From the IMG/VR virus record IMGVR_UViG_3300046804_003780: a stretch of 64,000 nucleotides of DNA. One strand, written 5' to 3'. Positions 18,834-30,300 of the stretch are shown piece by piece (the first letter of the stretch is position 1; each line of letters begins with the position of its first letter). The translations under genes were made by a program, and so were the position numbers. Below the pieces are notes generated by a model. The model searched no databases, had not been told where the DNA came from, and saw nothing but the letters and a program-made list of their open reading frames with translations. Source of the DNA: a virus.

Positions 18834-20597
18834 ATGCCTAGATTATCGCTTTATCGCCCAGAAAAGACCCAAGATTATAAGTTTTTAGATAGAACTATTA
18901 ATGAAATGTTCACTGTTGGCGGCACAGACCTTTACATCCATAAGTATCTTGGTCCAGCGGATCAGGGACCTAGCAAAGACTTTACTCAACCACAATACAA
19001 TAATTTGGATCCTTTAAACATACAGGATTTACTATTTTTAGAAAACCGAGATAGAATTTATGCACCTGATATTTACAGATTGCGCGGACATTACAATGTC
19101 CAAAATTTGGACTTTGATCTAAGCCAATTTGGGTTATTCTTAAACAATGATATTATATTCATAACTGTTCACTACAACACAATGATTGAAATAATAGGTC
19201 GCAAGTTAATGGTTGGGGATGTTTTTGAACTACCTCATTTGACTGACTATCATCCATTGAATGAAAAAATTCCAATTGGACTGCGTAGATACTACCAAAT
19301 TACGGATGCAAATTTTGCAAGTGAAGGATTCAGTCAAACATGGTACCCACATCTCTGGAGAATCAAGTGTGAACCACTTGTTGATAGCCAAGAATTTAGT
19401 AACATACTAGAACAACCTATTAATAAAGAAAATTACTTGGGAGACTGGGATAAAACAAAAACATATGTTCCAGGCTATGTTGTGACTTACGGAGATACAA
19501 ACTGGACACCTGTTAAAGATATTCCTGCTGGAATACCTTGTCAGGGAGTTGCTTGGTCACAAACAAAAGAATATCCAATTGGTACTACAGTGACAAAGGA
19601 CGGCAAAACTTATGTTACCACACAACTAACTCCTGCGGGAACTCCTGTGACAAATACAGATTACTATGAATTATATTGGGAACGTGATGTTGCTGATAAC
19701 TTAAAAGATATTATAAGTCGTTACAATAAAAACTTACAAATCAACGATGCAGCAATTGCTGAAGCAAAACGTATTGTACCTAAAACGGGATATGATAGAT
19801 CACAACTATATATATTACCTACTGAAGCGGATCAACCTGCAGCTCCAGTAAGTTTAATTATTAGAAACGGAGAACCTGAGTTAGCTTTAGGTTCATTAGA
19901 AATTGTTCAACCAGCTGGATTTTCTCCTAGTCCTATTATTCGTATAAGTGCTGCAGCTTTAGCAACTATACAAGAGCAAGTAGGAGATGCTGATGCTATT
20001 AGAGCATTCATACAAATGAGTTTAGAGTTAGCCGAAATAGCACCTGAATTAACTGATACAGGATCTGGTGCTGTTGAACCAGACATTGTGTTAGCCGTTA
20101 AAGCATTTGGACCAGTGACCGTACCATTTGGTACCTCAGATAACACTTATGCCTTTGCTGATGCTGATCCAGAACAACCAGGATTCGATACAACACAACT
20201 AACACCTGATATGGATTTTCGTGCAGACTGTGATCCAAGGTTTAGGTTTATTGTACGTTCAAGTCCAACTGGATTTGGATATTTAGATGGCTATTTAGTT
20301 GGCACAGGTGAGGCACCAAATGGAGAACCTGTTACATCTGCAATAGATTTTCCACCTAATCCAACTGTAGGACAGTATGTTCTACGAATAGATTATTTAC
20401 CACAACAATTATTTAGATATGATGGGGCTATATGGGTTAGAATCAGTGAGAATGTACGTACAGGTGTAGCCTTTGAAGAAGGTGATCAATCATTGCTGTC
20501 ATCATTCATTAATAACAGTAATGTTACTGCAACTACAAGCGGTAGTATACCTCAACAACAACCTCTTTCGAGTATATTAACAATTACACCAGATTAA
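18834..20597 (+). CDS. Neck/head-closure protein (gp14-like) with inserted carbohydrate-binding-like modules
   Basis: IQDLLFLENRDR.Y, FDLSQFGLFL.ND, GRKLMVGDVFELPHL, WYPHLWRIKCEPL; internal W..TK.Y..G..VT..G..(W/Y) repeats. Confidence 0.65.
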   Translation: MPRLSLYRPEKTQDYKFLDRTINEMFTVGGTDLYIHKYLGPADQGPSKDFTQPQYNNLDPLNIQDLLFLENRDRIYAPDIYRLRGHYNVQNLDFDLSQFGLFLNNDIIFITVHYNTMIEIIGRKLMVGDVFELPHLTDYHPLNEKIPIGLRRYYQITDANFASEGFSQTWYPHLWRIKCEPLVDSQEFSNILEQPINKENYLGDWDKTKTYVPGYVVTYGDTNWTPVKDIPAGIPCQGVAWSQTKEYPIGTTVTKDGKTYVTTQLTPAGTPVTNTDYYELYWERDVADNLKDIISRYNKNLQINDAAIAEAKRIVPKTGYDRSQLYILPTEADQPAAPVSLIIRNGEPELALGSLEIVQPAGFSPSPIIRISAAALATIQEQVGDADAIRAFIQMSLELAEIAPELTDTGSGAVEPDIVLAVKAFGPVTVPFGTSDNTYAFADADPEQPGFDTTQLTPDMDFRADCDPRFRFIVRSSPTGFGYLDGYLVGTGEAPNGEPVTSAIDFPPNPTVGQYVLRIDYLPQQLFRYDGAIWVRISENVRTGVAFEEGDQSLLSSFINNSNVTATTSGSIPQQQPLSSILTITPD

Positions 20598-20605
20598 GGA
20601 TATAA

Positions 20606-21982
20606 ATGGCACAGTATTTTTATGATAATCAAATAAGAAGATTTCTAGTTCAATTTGCAAGAATTTTCAGCAATTGGTACGTTACTAAAGGAAAAGATCC
20701 AGCTGGTAATGAAATACTAATTCGTGTTCCCATTCAATATGGTGATCAAAGTAGACAAGCATCAACAGTAATTGCGAACAATAGTCCAAGTAGTTTACCA
20801 AGTGCTCCAATGATTACATACTACATTAGTGGTTTAGAATACGATCAAACCAGAACACAAAGTCCATACTTTGTTGATAAAACAAGCGTTCGAAGAAGAA
20901 CCTACAATGAAGAAACACAAACATTTGAAACAACACAAGGTGATGCATTTAGCGTAGAAAGAATTATGCCTGTGCCGTATACTCTACGTATAACAGTAGA
21001 TTTTTGGACTACTAATTATAACCAAAAATTAGAATTATTAGAGCAACTAGGTGTTTTATTTAATCCATCAATGGAAATACAAAGCACTGACAATTTTATT
21101 GATTGGACAAGTTTAAGTGTTGTATATCAAGACAGATTGACATTTAGTAGCAGAACGATACCTGTTGGTTCAGGAAATCCAATAGACATAATGACATGGA
21201 CTTTTTACATGCCTATATGGATAAGTTCTAGTGCTAAAGTCAAAAAACTTGGTGTCATATACAAAATTATCGCAAGTATATTTCAAGGAAATGCACTTAC
21301 TGATATGCAAGATGATGATTTATTACTTGGAACAAGACAAAAAATTACACCATATGGATATAAATTATTACTGTTAGGAAATAGTTTACAAATACTTCCT
21401 GACGGTCAACCTTTTTATCCTAATAATGAAAGTTTAGACTTACCAACTAATCCTAATACAAATGTATATTGGAAAGCTTTCTTAAATGTGTATGGTACAG
21501 TACGACCTGGCATTAGCCAAATATGGTTAGAAAATCCATATATGGATACAGAAATCGTTGGTACTATTGCATTTAATCCTACTGACGATAGATTGTTGAT
21601 ATTCAATATTGATAGAGACACGCTTCCCCAAAATACATTAGGTGCTGTTGATAGTGTAATAAATCCACAAGTAAAATCACCAAGTAATGGACTACCTAAT
21701 GCAGCAGGCGGTCAAAGATACCTAATTGTTGAAGATATAGGGAGTGAAATTCCCTTTAGCGCCACAGAAGGTTGGGGTAACTTAGTTGCTAAAGCCAATG
21801 ACATTATTGAATATGACGGTGTAATAGGCGAATGGTTTGTAAGTTTTGACAGCACTCTTTTAACAAATGTTCAATATGTCACTAATTTAACCACAGGTTT
21901 ACAATATAGATTTGTAAACAATTCTTGGATGAAATCATGGGAAGGTTGGTATGCCGCAGGAGATTTTAGTGTAGTAATTTAA
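20606..21982 (+). CDS. Tail terminator/sheath stabiliser (gp15-like) with C-terminal extension
   Basis: YFYDNQIRRFLVQF.RIFS, RVPIQYG, MPVPY.L....DFWT.NY.QKLELLEQL..LFNP. Confidence 0.85.
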   Translation: MAQYFYDNQIRRFLVQFARIFSNWYVTKGKDPAGNEILIRVPIQYGDQSRQASTVIANNSPSSLPSAPMITYYISGLEYDQTRTQSPYFVDKTSVRRRTYNEETQTFETTQGDAFSVERIMPVPYTLRITVDFWTTNYNQKLELLEQLGVLFNPSMEIQSTDNFIDWTSLSVVYQDRLTFSSRTIPVGSGNPIDIMTWTFYMPIWISSSAKVKKLGVIYKIIASIFQGNALTDMQDDDLLLGTRQKITPYGYKLLLLGNSLQILPDGQPFYPNNESLDLPTNPNTNVYWKAFLNVYGTVRPGISQIWLENPYMDTEIVGTIAFNPTDDRLLIFNIDRDTLPQNTLGAVDSVINPQVKSPSNGLPNAAGGQRYLIVEDIGSEIPFSATEGWGNLVAKANDIIEYDGVIGEWFVSFDSTLLTNVQYVTNLTTGLQYRFVNNSWMKSWEGWYAAGDFSVVI

Positions 21983-21999
21983 ATCTGATAAATTATTAC

Positions 22000-22419
22000 A
22001 TGAGCAAATCAAATACAAGCGCAGGAATTTTTTTCTATTCGTCTACAACAAACAGATTTTTATTTCTGTTGCGAAATGATAAAGATGCAACATTTTGGGG
22101 GATACCAGGTGGAAAGTTAGAAAAGGATGAAACTATAATTCAAGGTCTAGAACGTGAGTGTCACGAAGAAATACAATATTTTCCAAATAACCCAAAACTA
22201 ATACCAATTCAAAAATTTGTAAATAACACTTTTACATATCATACCTTTTTTTGTCCTATTGAGGGGGAATTTATTCCTATACTTAATGAAGAACACATAG
22301 GATATTGTTGGGTGAATGTTGATAATTATCCTAAACCCTTACATCCGGGGCTTTTTAACACCATCAACTTTGATGTAGTAAAAGATAAATTAGAGCAACT
22401 AACGCAAGTTAAACAATAA
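22000..22419 (+). CDS. NUDIX hydrolase
   Basis: Nudix box WGIPGGKLEKDETIIQGLERECHEEI; LNEEH.GY.W. Confidence 0.9.
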   Translation: MSKSNTSAGIFFYSSTTNRFLFLLRNDKDATFWGIPGGKLEKDETIIQGLERECHEEIQYFPNNPKLIPIQKFVNNTFTYHTFFCPIEGEFIPILNEEHIGYCWVNVDNYPKPLHPGLFNTINFDVVKDKLEQLTQVKQ

Positions 22420-23082
22420 TATTTCAGGTTCTTCTTCGGGGTTCGTTATAATTAATTCTTTTTCATTTTCAAAACTAAATCCAGATCCTGTGTAAGCTTC
22501 TATTCCGTTTATTGTGGCAGATCCTGTAATAATATATATGTAGTATTTGCGTGTATTATCCAATTGTTCTACATAGTCTGATGTGAATATACCAGCACTT
22601 AGTTTTGCATAACTTTGTATAACTACAGGTCCTTCGCTACTTGCAATAAGACAAAAATTATTTAATTTTTCTTCTCTATCAAATATCCATACATCATACT
22701 TAGGTGGGAAATTATGTCTTGCTGCTCTCATCCATAGTTGTAAATAATGTATAGGTTCGTCACTTAGATTACCTTCGCAATGCCAAATACCTGTACCACA
22801 ACTCATTCGTTGTACACCTCCAGTTGGCACTTCTACAGTATTCATTAAATTATCATTATGAAAGCAAGGACCTTTAACTACATAACCAATAATTTCCATA
22901 TCATTATGCTGATGAATAGGAGTAAAACTTTTTGGTTGTACCTTATCGTCATTAACAACTTCTAAATCACTATAGTTTGTATAATTTGGATCATTATAAG
23001 TGTTATTACTAAACGAACGGTAACTATCTATCCAACCAAAGTTGAAATGACCTCTTGTTTCTGGTAGTCTATGTGTAATCAT
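22399..23082 (-). CDS. Pirin-family bicupin (YhhW/quercetinase-like)
   Basis: RGH..FGWIDSY.SFS, VVNDD.V, H-Q-H-N-D-M-E-I, VQRMSCGTGIWHCE, LQLW; metal ligands H,H,H,E present; start placed at ATG 23082. Confidence 0.92.
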   Translation of the reverse strand: MITHRLPETRGHFNFGWIDSYRSFSNNTYNDPNYTNYSDLEVVNDDKVQPKSFTPIHQHNDMEIIGYVVKGPCFHNDNLMNTVEVPTGGVQRMSCGTGIWHCEGNLSDEPIHYLQLWMRAARHNFPPKYDVWIFDREEKLNNFCLIASSEGPVVIQSYAKLSAGIFTSDYVEQLDNTRKYYIYIITGSATINGIEAYTGSGFSFENEKELIITNPEEEPEILLFNLR

Positions 23083-23097
23083 AGACATATTTAATGG

Positions 23098-23122
23098 AAA
23101 AGCGGCTTGCGCCGCTTTTTTT
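23098..23122 (-). terminator. Rho-independent terminator (bidirectional geometry)
   Basis: AAAAGCGGC-GCAA-GCCGCTTTT on the minus strand, with T tracts on both strands. Confidence 0.85.
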
Positions 23123-23138
23123 ATATTGAAAAATCTGT

Positions 23139-24254
23139 TTAACAAGCGTAATCAATATCAATTGTTTGAAGTTGAGTTGCTGGATCAGGAGTTGCAGTTT
23201 TTGCGTCAAATGATGCAATATACTTTGTACCTGAGTTTTGATCATTACCATTGTTCGTAAAATCAAGTGCAAAATGATCAGTTAAACTTTGACAATATGG
23301 ATCACCGCCTGAAGCTTTATCTAATGTAATAGTCATTTGATTTTTTACTAAATTACTACTACTGTCATTTGTAAGTGTGCAAATTGACATTGCCCAAGCT
23401 ACACCATTAGTGGTTACTGATGGATTTGCTTGTGTGCATGTAAATATTTTTCCGTTTGCTGCGTCTGAACCTGCACCAAATAATGACCAATCTGTATTAC
23501 CTACAGATGTAATGTAATAAGCTTGACCAGCTGCTAAAAATTCATCTTGTAAGTTTTGTTGTCTTACAACAAGATATTTTCTCTTACCTTTTTGACGTAA
23601 AATAAATCCACGATCAACTGTTGCGCTTGACCATGCACTGGCTGTAGCACTAGCAGTAGAGACTGCATTTAGCGTAAGTGTTTCGTATCCAGTAACAGCC
23701 ACTGAACCTGTATCATCTGCTAATTGAAATACTGAGGTTAGTGCAGGTGAATCACTAACACGAATTGTCGTTGAAGTAGGCTTATCATAAACATAGTAAA
23801 CGGTACCTGCCACTAAATTACCAATGCTTGATGCTAATTTTACTGCACCACCTATTACAAAGCCTGCTGACGCTGTAATTGTTAAACGATCATTACTTGC
23901 AGTAGTTGCTGTCACTGTGTCACTAGGCGCAGCATTGATACTTGCTACAGTACCTAATGCTGTGTCGTTGCCACTTGCATAAACTTGACTGCCAACTCCG
24001 AAGGTACCGCCGCCAAATTGTGTTTGATTTCCGCTAACTGTATCGTGTGCAGTTGATGCTGTAATAGTACCTTGTTCGATTTGTTCCACACACACATATG
24101 GATAAGCAGCTACCGCTTCATACCCGCCTACTACACCAGGTGCGCTGGTAGTAAATCCATTGTCAGTTGTACCATCGTTTGGATAACCTTGATCAGTAAT
24201 TCCATCTGGACTAACTGCTCCGTTCGTTTTTGCTATTTTTAAAGGGCGTCCCAT
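23139..24254 (-). CDS. Virion structural protein (T/S/A/G-rich, beta-rich)
   Basis: True start MGRPLKIAK at 24254 (AAGGAG RBS); GFILRQKGKRKYLV motif; own late promoter and terminator. Confidence 0.65.
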   Translation of the reverse strand: MGRPLKIAKTNGAVSPDGITDQGYPNDGTTDNGFTTSAPGVVGGYEAVAAYPYVCVEQIEQGTITASTAHDTVSGNQTQFGGGTFGVGSQVYASGNDTALGTVASINAAPSDTVTATTASNDRLTITASAGFVIGGAVKLASSIGNLVAGTVYYVYDKPTSTTIRVSDSPALTSVFQLADDTGSVAVTGYETLTLNAVSTASATASAWSSATVDRGFILRQKGKRKYLVVRQQNLQDEFLAAGQAYYITSVGNTDWSLFGAGSDAANGKIFTCTQANPSVTTNGVAWAMSICTLTNDSSSNLVKNQMTITLDKASGGDPYCQSLTDHFALDFTNNGNDQNSGTKYIASFDAKTATPDPATQLQTIDIDYAC

Positions 24255-24277
24255 TTTGTTTAATCTCCTTAATAGTG

Positions 24278-24337
24278 ACGTTCTAGGTCCTACGCAGTTG
24301 GGGAACTGCATAAGTCTCCCATATAGAGAGAGAACAT
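24278..24337 (-). ncRNA. Candidate structured 5' leader RNA (three-way junction)
   Basis: P1 AUGUUCU/AGAACGU, P2 CUCUC/GGGAG, P3 CUUAUGCAGUU-CCCC-AACUGCGUAGG; lies between late promoter 24341 and RBS 24265-24270. Confidence 0.6.
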
Positions 24338-24362
24338 ATGTATTTATCCCCAACCGGTTGTT

Positions 24363-27300
24363 TTAGGTTATGCCCCAACCATTAATATACCAAGTATTTG
24401 CTGCTACTTTAACTAAGGTAGTATCTGCATAAGCTGCTAGTGTTCTTGTTCCTGTGGTTCCTTGATATCTAAGTGTTACCCCAACAGCAGGTAATACAGT
24501 AACATTTTGGAAAGCATCACCATTTATAAGACGAATTTGTGTTCCAAAAGGAAGCACTGATGTTCCATCACTTTGAATATTTAAATTAGTACCTCCTGGT
24601 TGTCCTGCAAAATAAAGTAATGTATCTGAATCATCTACGGCTAAGGTGTAGCTTGAATTTTTTGTCTGAATAGGTGATATTCTATAACCAATTCGAGCAT
24701 TTCCGCCTGCTGGTATTGCTACGTTGCTAAAAGCACCACTGATGTTTAAGTTACCAGGTACAAGAGTATCACCAACTGAATCAAGTAGGGTAAGAGTTCT
24801 GGTTAATGTACCGAACGGATTGCCACCACTGTTAGTATATTGTCTAACATAGATAGGTTCATTACCATTATCTGCAGTATCAATAGATATGAATCCAGAA
24901 TTAGCACCTGTACCGCCGACTTGTATTCTATAAAAGTCATCCGTTGCTATACCGCCATACAATGCATTAGCAGTGTTTGATCCCGATAGTGTTGGGGTTG
25001 TGATATTAGCAACTACCTGCGGTGCACTTACGGTACCTGATGCACTTACTAGACCACCAACACTCAAACTACCAGGAATTGAAGTGTTACCACCACTATC
25101 TAATAAAGTTAATGAACGTGCTACTGTACCGTATGGATTTCCACCCGACTCAGTATATTGTCTAACAAATATTGGTTCAGTGCCTTCATTTGCTGTATCA
25201 AACGATACAAATCCTGCATTACTGCTTGACCCACCAACTTGAATTCTAAAATAATCATTGTCAGCGATTGTAGTGTTTAAAATATTTGCAGTGTTTGTAC
25301 CCGACAGTGTAATTTGTAGATTACCAGTAAATGTATTAGCTGTAATGTTATTGGCAGTAGATATATTGCCTACAACTGACAAACTGCCTGGTAAATTTGT
25401 ATTTCCAGTACTATCTAAAAGAGTGAGTGTTCTTGGTGTTATTCCATTAAATTGTCTAAAGAAAATTGGTTCATTTCCATTATCACCAGTTTCAAATGAT
25501 ACGAATCCATTATCCGTTGATGTTCCTCCAACAACGACTCTAAAGTAATCACTGTCTGCAATATTTGAAAGAATGATATTAGCGTTAGTTGTTCCTGTTA
25601 GATTTGCTGTTGTTAATAAACCTCTTATATTGCCACCAATAAAGTTATTTGCTGTAAAATTATTTGCGGTTAAATCACCACTTAGTGTTACGTTACCAAA
25701 TAAATTATTTGCAGTGATATTACCAGTTAGAGACATATCACCTGAATATGTTAATGGACCTGTTCCTGCACGACCTAATCTAGCAGAATTGTTGCCATTA
25801 CCGAATACTACATAACCATTAGCGATATTACTTTGACCACTAATCATTAATGTTTCAGTTACACCAATATCACCTATCCAAGTTGTGGTACCAACTCTAA
25901 AGTTATTACCACTTCCAGTAGCACTTGATATGATTATATTACCAGTAACATTACCAGTCACACTTGAACTTGTGCCTGTTGCACTAGTAATCACAGCCGA
26001 AGTAGCAGTTAAGTTACCTACTAGATTTGCAGCAGTTACATTGCCTGTTACAGATACAGCATTTCCTGTAAAATTATTACTTGTTATATTTCCTGAAGGG
26101 TTAGAAATATTACCTACTACACATAAGTTCGCACTAGTCCTCATGTTTCCAAAAGATTCAATGAGACCTGTAGCTGAAATATTAGCTGGAGTTGTTATGT
26201 TACCATTTGCACTTAGTGTACCTGAACTTAAAATAGAACCTGCAGTAATTCCAGAAACAACGCTTAAATTAGATGATCCAATTATATTACCTGTAGCTGA
26301 AATAATTGCAGCAGCAACAATATTACCACTTACACTTAGATTTGGTACGCTTAGTGATCCGCCTGCACTTATTGCTCCTGTTACAGATATACCGCCGCCA
26401 ACTGAAACAGTTCCTGGGAATACAGTGTTACCTGAATTACTTAGAAGAATTACCTCACGATTAAGTGCTGCATATGGGTCAACTTGTGTAGAGATATATT
26501 GTCTAACAAATATAGGTTCATTGCCTTCATTGGCTGTATCAATAGACACATATCCTTGATCAGTACTACCCCCAATTTGAATTCTAAAATAATCACTTCC
26601 GGCTACTGTCGTGTTAATAACATTAGCAACTACACCACCTGCTACTGACATCGACAAATTACCAACAAAGTTATTTGCAATGACATTTGAAGTCGTTGTG
26701 ATATTAGCTGTAACTGATAGATTGTTCGGTAAAATAGTATTACCGTTAGGATCAAGTAGGGTTAATGTGCGAGTAGGTGCAGCTCCAGTAAATTGTCTAA
26801 AGAATATCTGCTCATTGCCGTTATCACCTACGTCAAATGCAGCAAATCCCGCATCAGCAGCAGTTCCACCTACAGTCAGTGCAAAGAAATCACTTGTAGC
26901 TATATTGGCACGAATTAGTTCAGCATTACTTGTTCCTGTTAATGCATTTACTGTTAATCTACCTACAAAATTACCACCGAAGAAATTATTAGAACTAAAG
27001 CTATTTGCATTTACATCCGAGTTTGCAAAAGTAAAGTTACCTACAAAATTATTTGCTGTAATAGTTCCAGTAGCACTCATATTACCAGTGTAAGTGAGTG
27101 CTCCTACACCATTACGGCCAAGTTTAGCAGCATTGTTGCCATTACCAAATACAATAAATCCATTTGCAGGGTTAGCTATTCCAGTAATTCTAACAGTATC
27201 AGCGTCAGTAATATCTCCTAACCAAGCTGCATTGCCAACTCTGTAATTATTTCCTGTTCCTGTACCGTTTGAAATAAACAAGTTACCTGTAACATTTCCT

Positions 27301-30300
27301 GATACGCTTGAAGTTGTACCTGTAACGTTACCTATGTTAGCATTATTAGCAGTTAAATCACCTACTAAGCTTGCAGCAGTTGCGGTGCCAGTGATACTTA
27401 CTGTATTGCCAATGAATCTGTTGCCAGTTAAATTTCCAGTTGCACTTATATTTCCACCAAGATTTATATTTCCACTTGCTGAAATATTAGCTGTCGTATT
27501 AATGTTGTTATTTGTGGTTATAAAACCATTTGCGTATATGTAAACATTACCAGTAGTACCAACTCTTAATTCAGTATTTGCCTGTACATATGTAGCAGAA
27601 GTTACTGTATTCCCTCTAATGTCGTCACCAAAAATTAATCCATTATTAGCAAAAATATTTCCATTATTAATACGTAAAGCACTGCCTACACCAGTTATAT
27701 TGATATTACTGGCTACATTTACATTCCCGCTTGCACTTATACCGCCTGTGGCTGTTATTACACCAGGGAAGAATGAATTACCATTTGCATCAAGTACAAT
27801 AACTTCTCTACTAATACCACCAAAAGGATCACTACCTACAATAGTGTATTGTCTTACATAGATAGGTTCATTTCCATTATCCGCTGTGGCAATCTCTAAA
27901 AAGCCTTGATCACTAGCTGTGCCACCAGCTTGAATACGGAAAGCATCTGTACCAGCCATTGTTCCCTGAACGATATTAGCTGAATTAGTACCACTAACCG
28001 ATGCAGTCAAAGTGCCAAATATTCTATTAGCTATGACGTTTCCTGCTGTGCTTAAATTACCACTTGATGTTAAATTAATATTACCTGGTACAGAAAGATT
28101 TTTATTAAGAATTGTGTTACCAGAACCATCAAGTAACGTCAAATTACTAGTTACAGTTGCGCCTGTGTATTGTCTAAAGTAGATTGGTTCAGTGCCTTCA
28201 TCACCAGTTGAAAATTCTACGAATCCTTGGTTAGTACCTGTTCCACCTACAGTTAATTCAAAATAATCGTTATCAGCAACATTACCTCGTATTAGCACTG
28301 CTGTATTAGAGCCTGTTAAATTATTAGAAATTAACCTACCTATAAAATTGTTTGAGGTAAAACTATTAGCTATTACGTCACCGTTGCTAAAGTTAAAGTT
28401 TCCAACAAAATTATTAGCTGTTACATTGCCACTTAGTGACATATTTCCTGTGTATGTAAGTGGACCTGTTCCAGCACGCCCTAAGCTTTGTGAGGAATTG
28501 CCGTTACCAAATACGATATAACCATTTGCTGCGTTAGCATTACCCGTTAATAATAATGTATCATTAATACCTATATCACCTAACCAAGCTTTGTTAGAAA
28601 TTCTAAAAATATTAGGAGTATTATTTTGTGCTGCAGTAACTATATTACCAACGGATGTTAAAGTATTTGTAATTACATTATTACCATTAATGTTACCTGA
28701 TACAGAAACTACATTACCTAATAGGCTAGCACCAGTTATGTTACCTGATATAGAAACTACATTACCTAATAGACTAGCACCAGTTATATTACCTGATGCA
28801 GAAATGGTTGTACCTGTAACTAATCCAGTTGCAGTAATATTGCCAGTAGATAAAATTCGGGAAGCCTGTACATCTTGTGTAGTAATAATATCATTACTTG
28901 CTCTTATATTGCCTGTAGCAGAAATATTATTTGCAAAAATATTTGCATTTGAAGTAATAGTTGTAGCAGTTAATGATGGAGTAGTTATATTGCTTGTTGC
29001 GCTAACATTTCCAGTCGTAAATGTTCCTGCTACATTTATATTACCAGTTACGCTTAAACTTTTTGCTATACTTACATTTCCAGGAATTGATGTATCACCA
29101 CCTTGATCTAATAAAGTTAGGTTTGACTGAACAGTGGTAAATCCGTTTCCATAAAACTGCCTAAATTGTATTACTGCATTAGCATTACTTGAACCATCTC
29201 CAGTATCGAAAGACACAATACCTCGGTTCGTAGTATTAGCGATAGCACCTAATTGTATTCTAAATGAATCAGTGCCAGCCATTGTACCACTTACAATATC
29301 TACGGCTGTTGTTGAAGTAGCAGGAGAACTAACTAAATTACCTCTAAAACTGTTTGATACAGCATCCTCAAATCTTGAAACACCATTTGCATCTAAAATA
29401 GTAACTTGGTGTTCAATATTTGACCCATTATACTGTCTGAAGTAAATTGGTTCATTGCCTTGATCGCCTGTGTCGAATGAAACAAAACCTTGATCACTGC
29501 CTGTTCCACCAACTATGACTCTAAAATAATCATTATCAGCAATATTGCTACGTATTAATTGGAAGGTACTATTTCCAGTAATTGTATTAGTTGTAAGTGT
29601 ACCAACTAAATTTCCACCAAAGAAATTATTAGATGTAAAGCTATTTGCATTAACATCAACGTTAGCAAATGTAAAATTGCCTATAAAATTGTTTGCTGTA
29701 ATAGTACCGTTCGCACTTATATTGCCAGTATATGTAAGTGGTCCAGTGCCAGCACGACCTAATGTCTGTGAATTATTACCAGTACCAAAAATTATATAAC
29801 CATTTGCAGGGTTATTTTGTCCTTTTATAATTATTGTATCAGCAATATTTGCATCACCTATGAATGCACGGTTACCAACAGCAAAATTGTTACCTGTGCC
29901 AGTGCTTGTAGAAATAAAGTTATTCGCTGTAATATTAGCTGTAAGACTTGCATTATTACCTGTGTAACTTATTACGTTTGCTAAACTTGCTGATAAATTA
30001 CCAGATAAGCTTGCACCTGAAACTGTACCAGTTACGCTGACTGTATTTCCTGAGATTACATTACCACCAATATTAGAAGCCGCATTACCTATAATAGGGG
30101 CCTGTATAAAGGAAGTCGCAAAAAGATTTACTAAATTTGCATTAGTTCCACTGAAATTACCTGTGATGTTACCTGCGTTTATGTTACCTGTCGTGCTAAT
30201 ATTACCAACAAGACTTGTAGCCGTAACTGTTCCAGAAACACTAACACTTGTTCCTAAGAATCCTACAGCAGAAACTTGGTTAGGAAAAACAGCATTTCCT

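Noticed and set aside
24278-24337. tRNA or hammerhead ribozyme
   Set aside because: No T-loop GTTCRA or cloverleaf, and no CUGAUGA/GAAA core; kept only as an unknown structured leader
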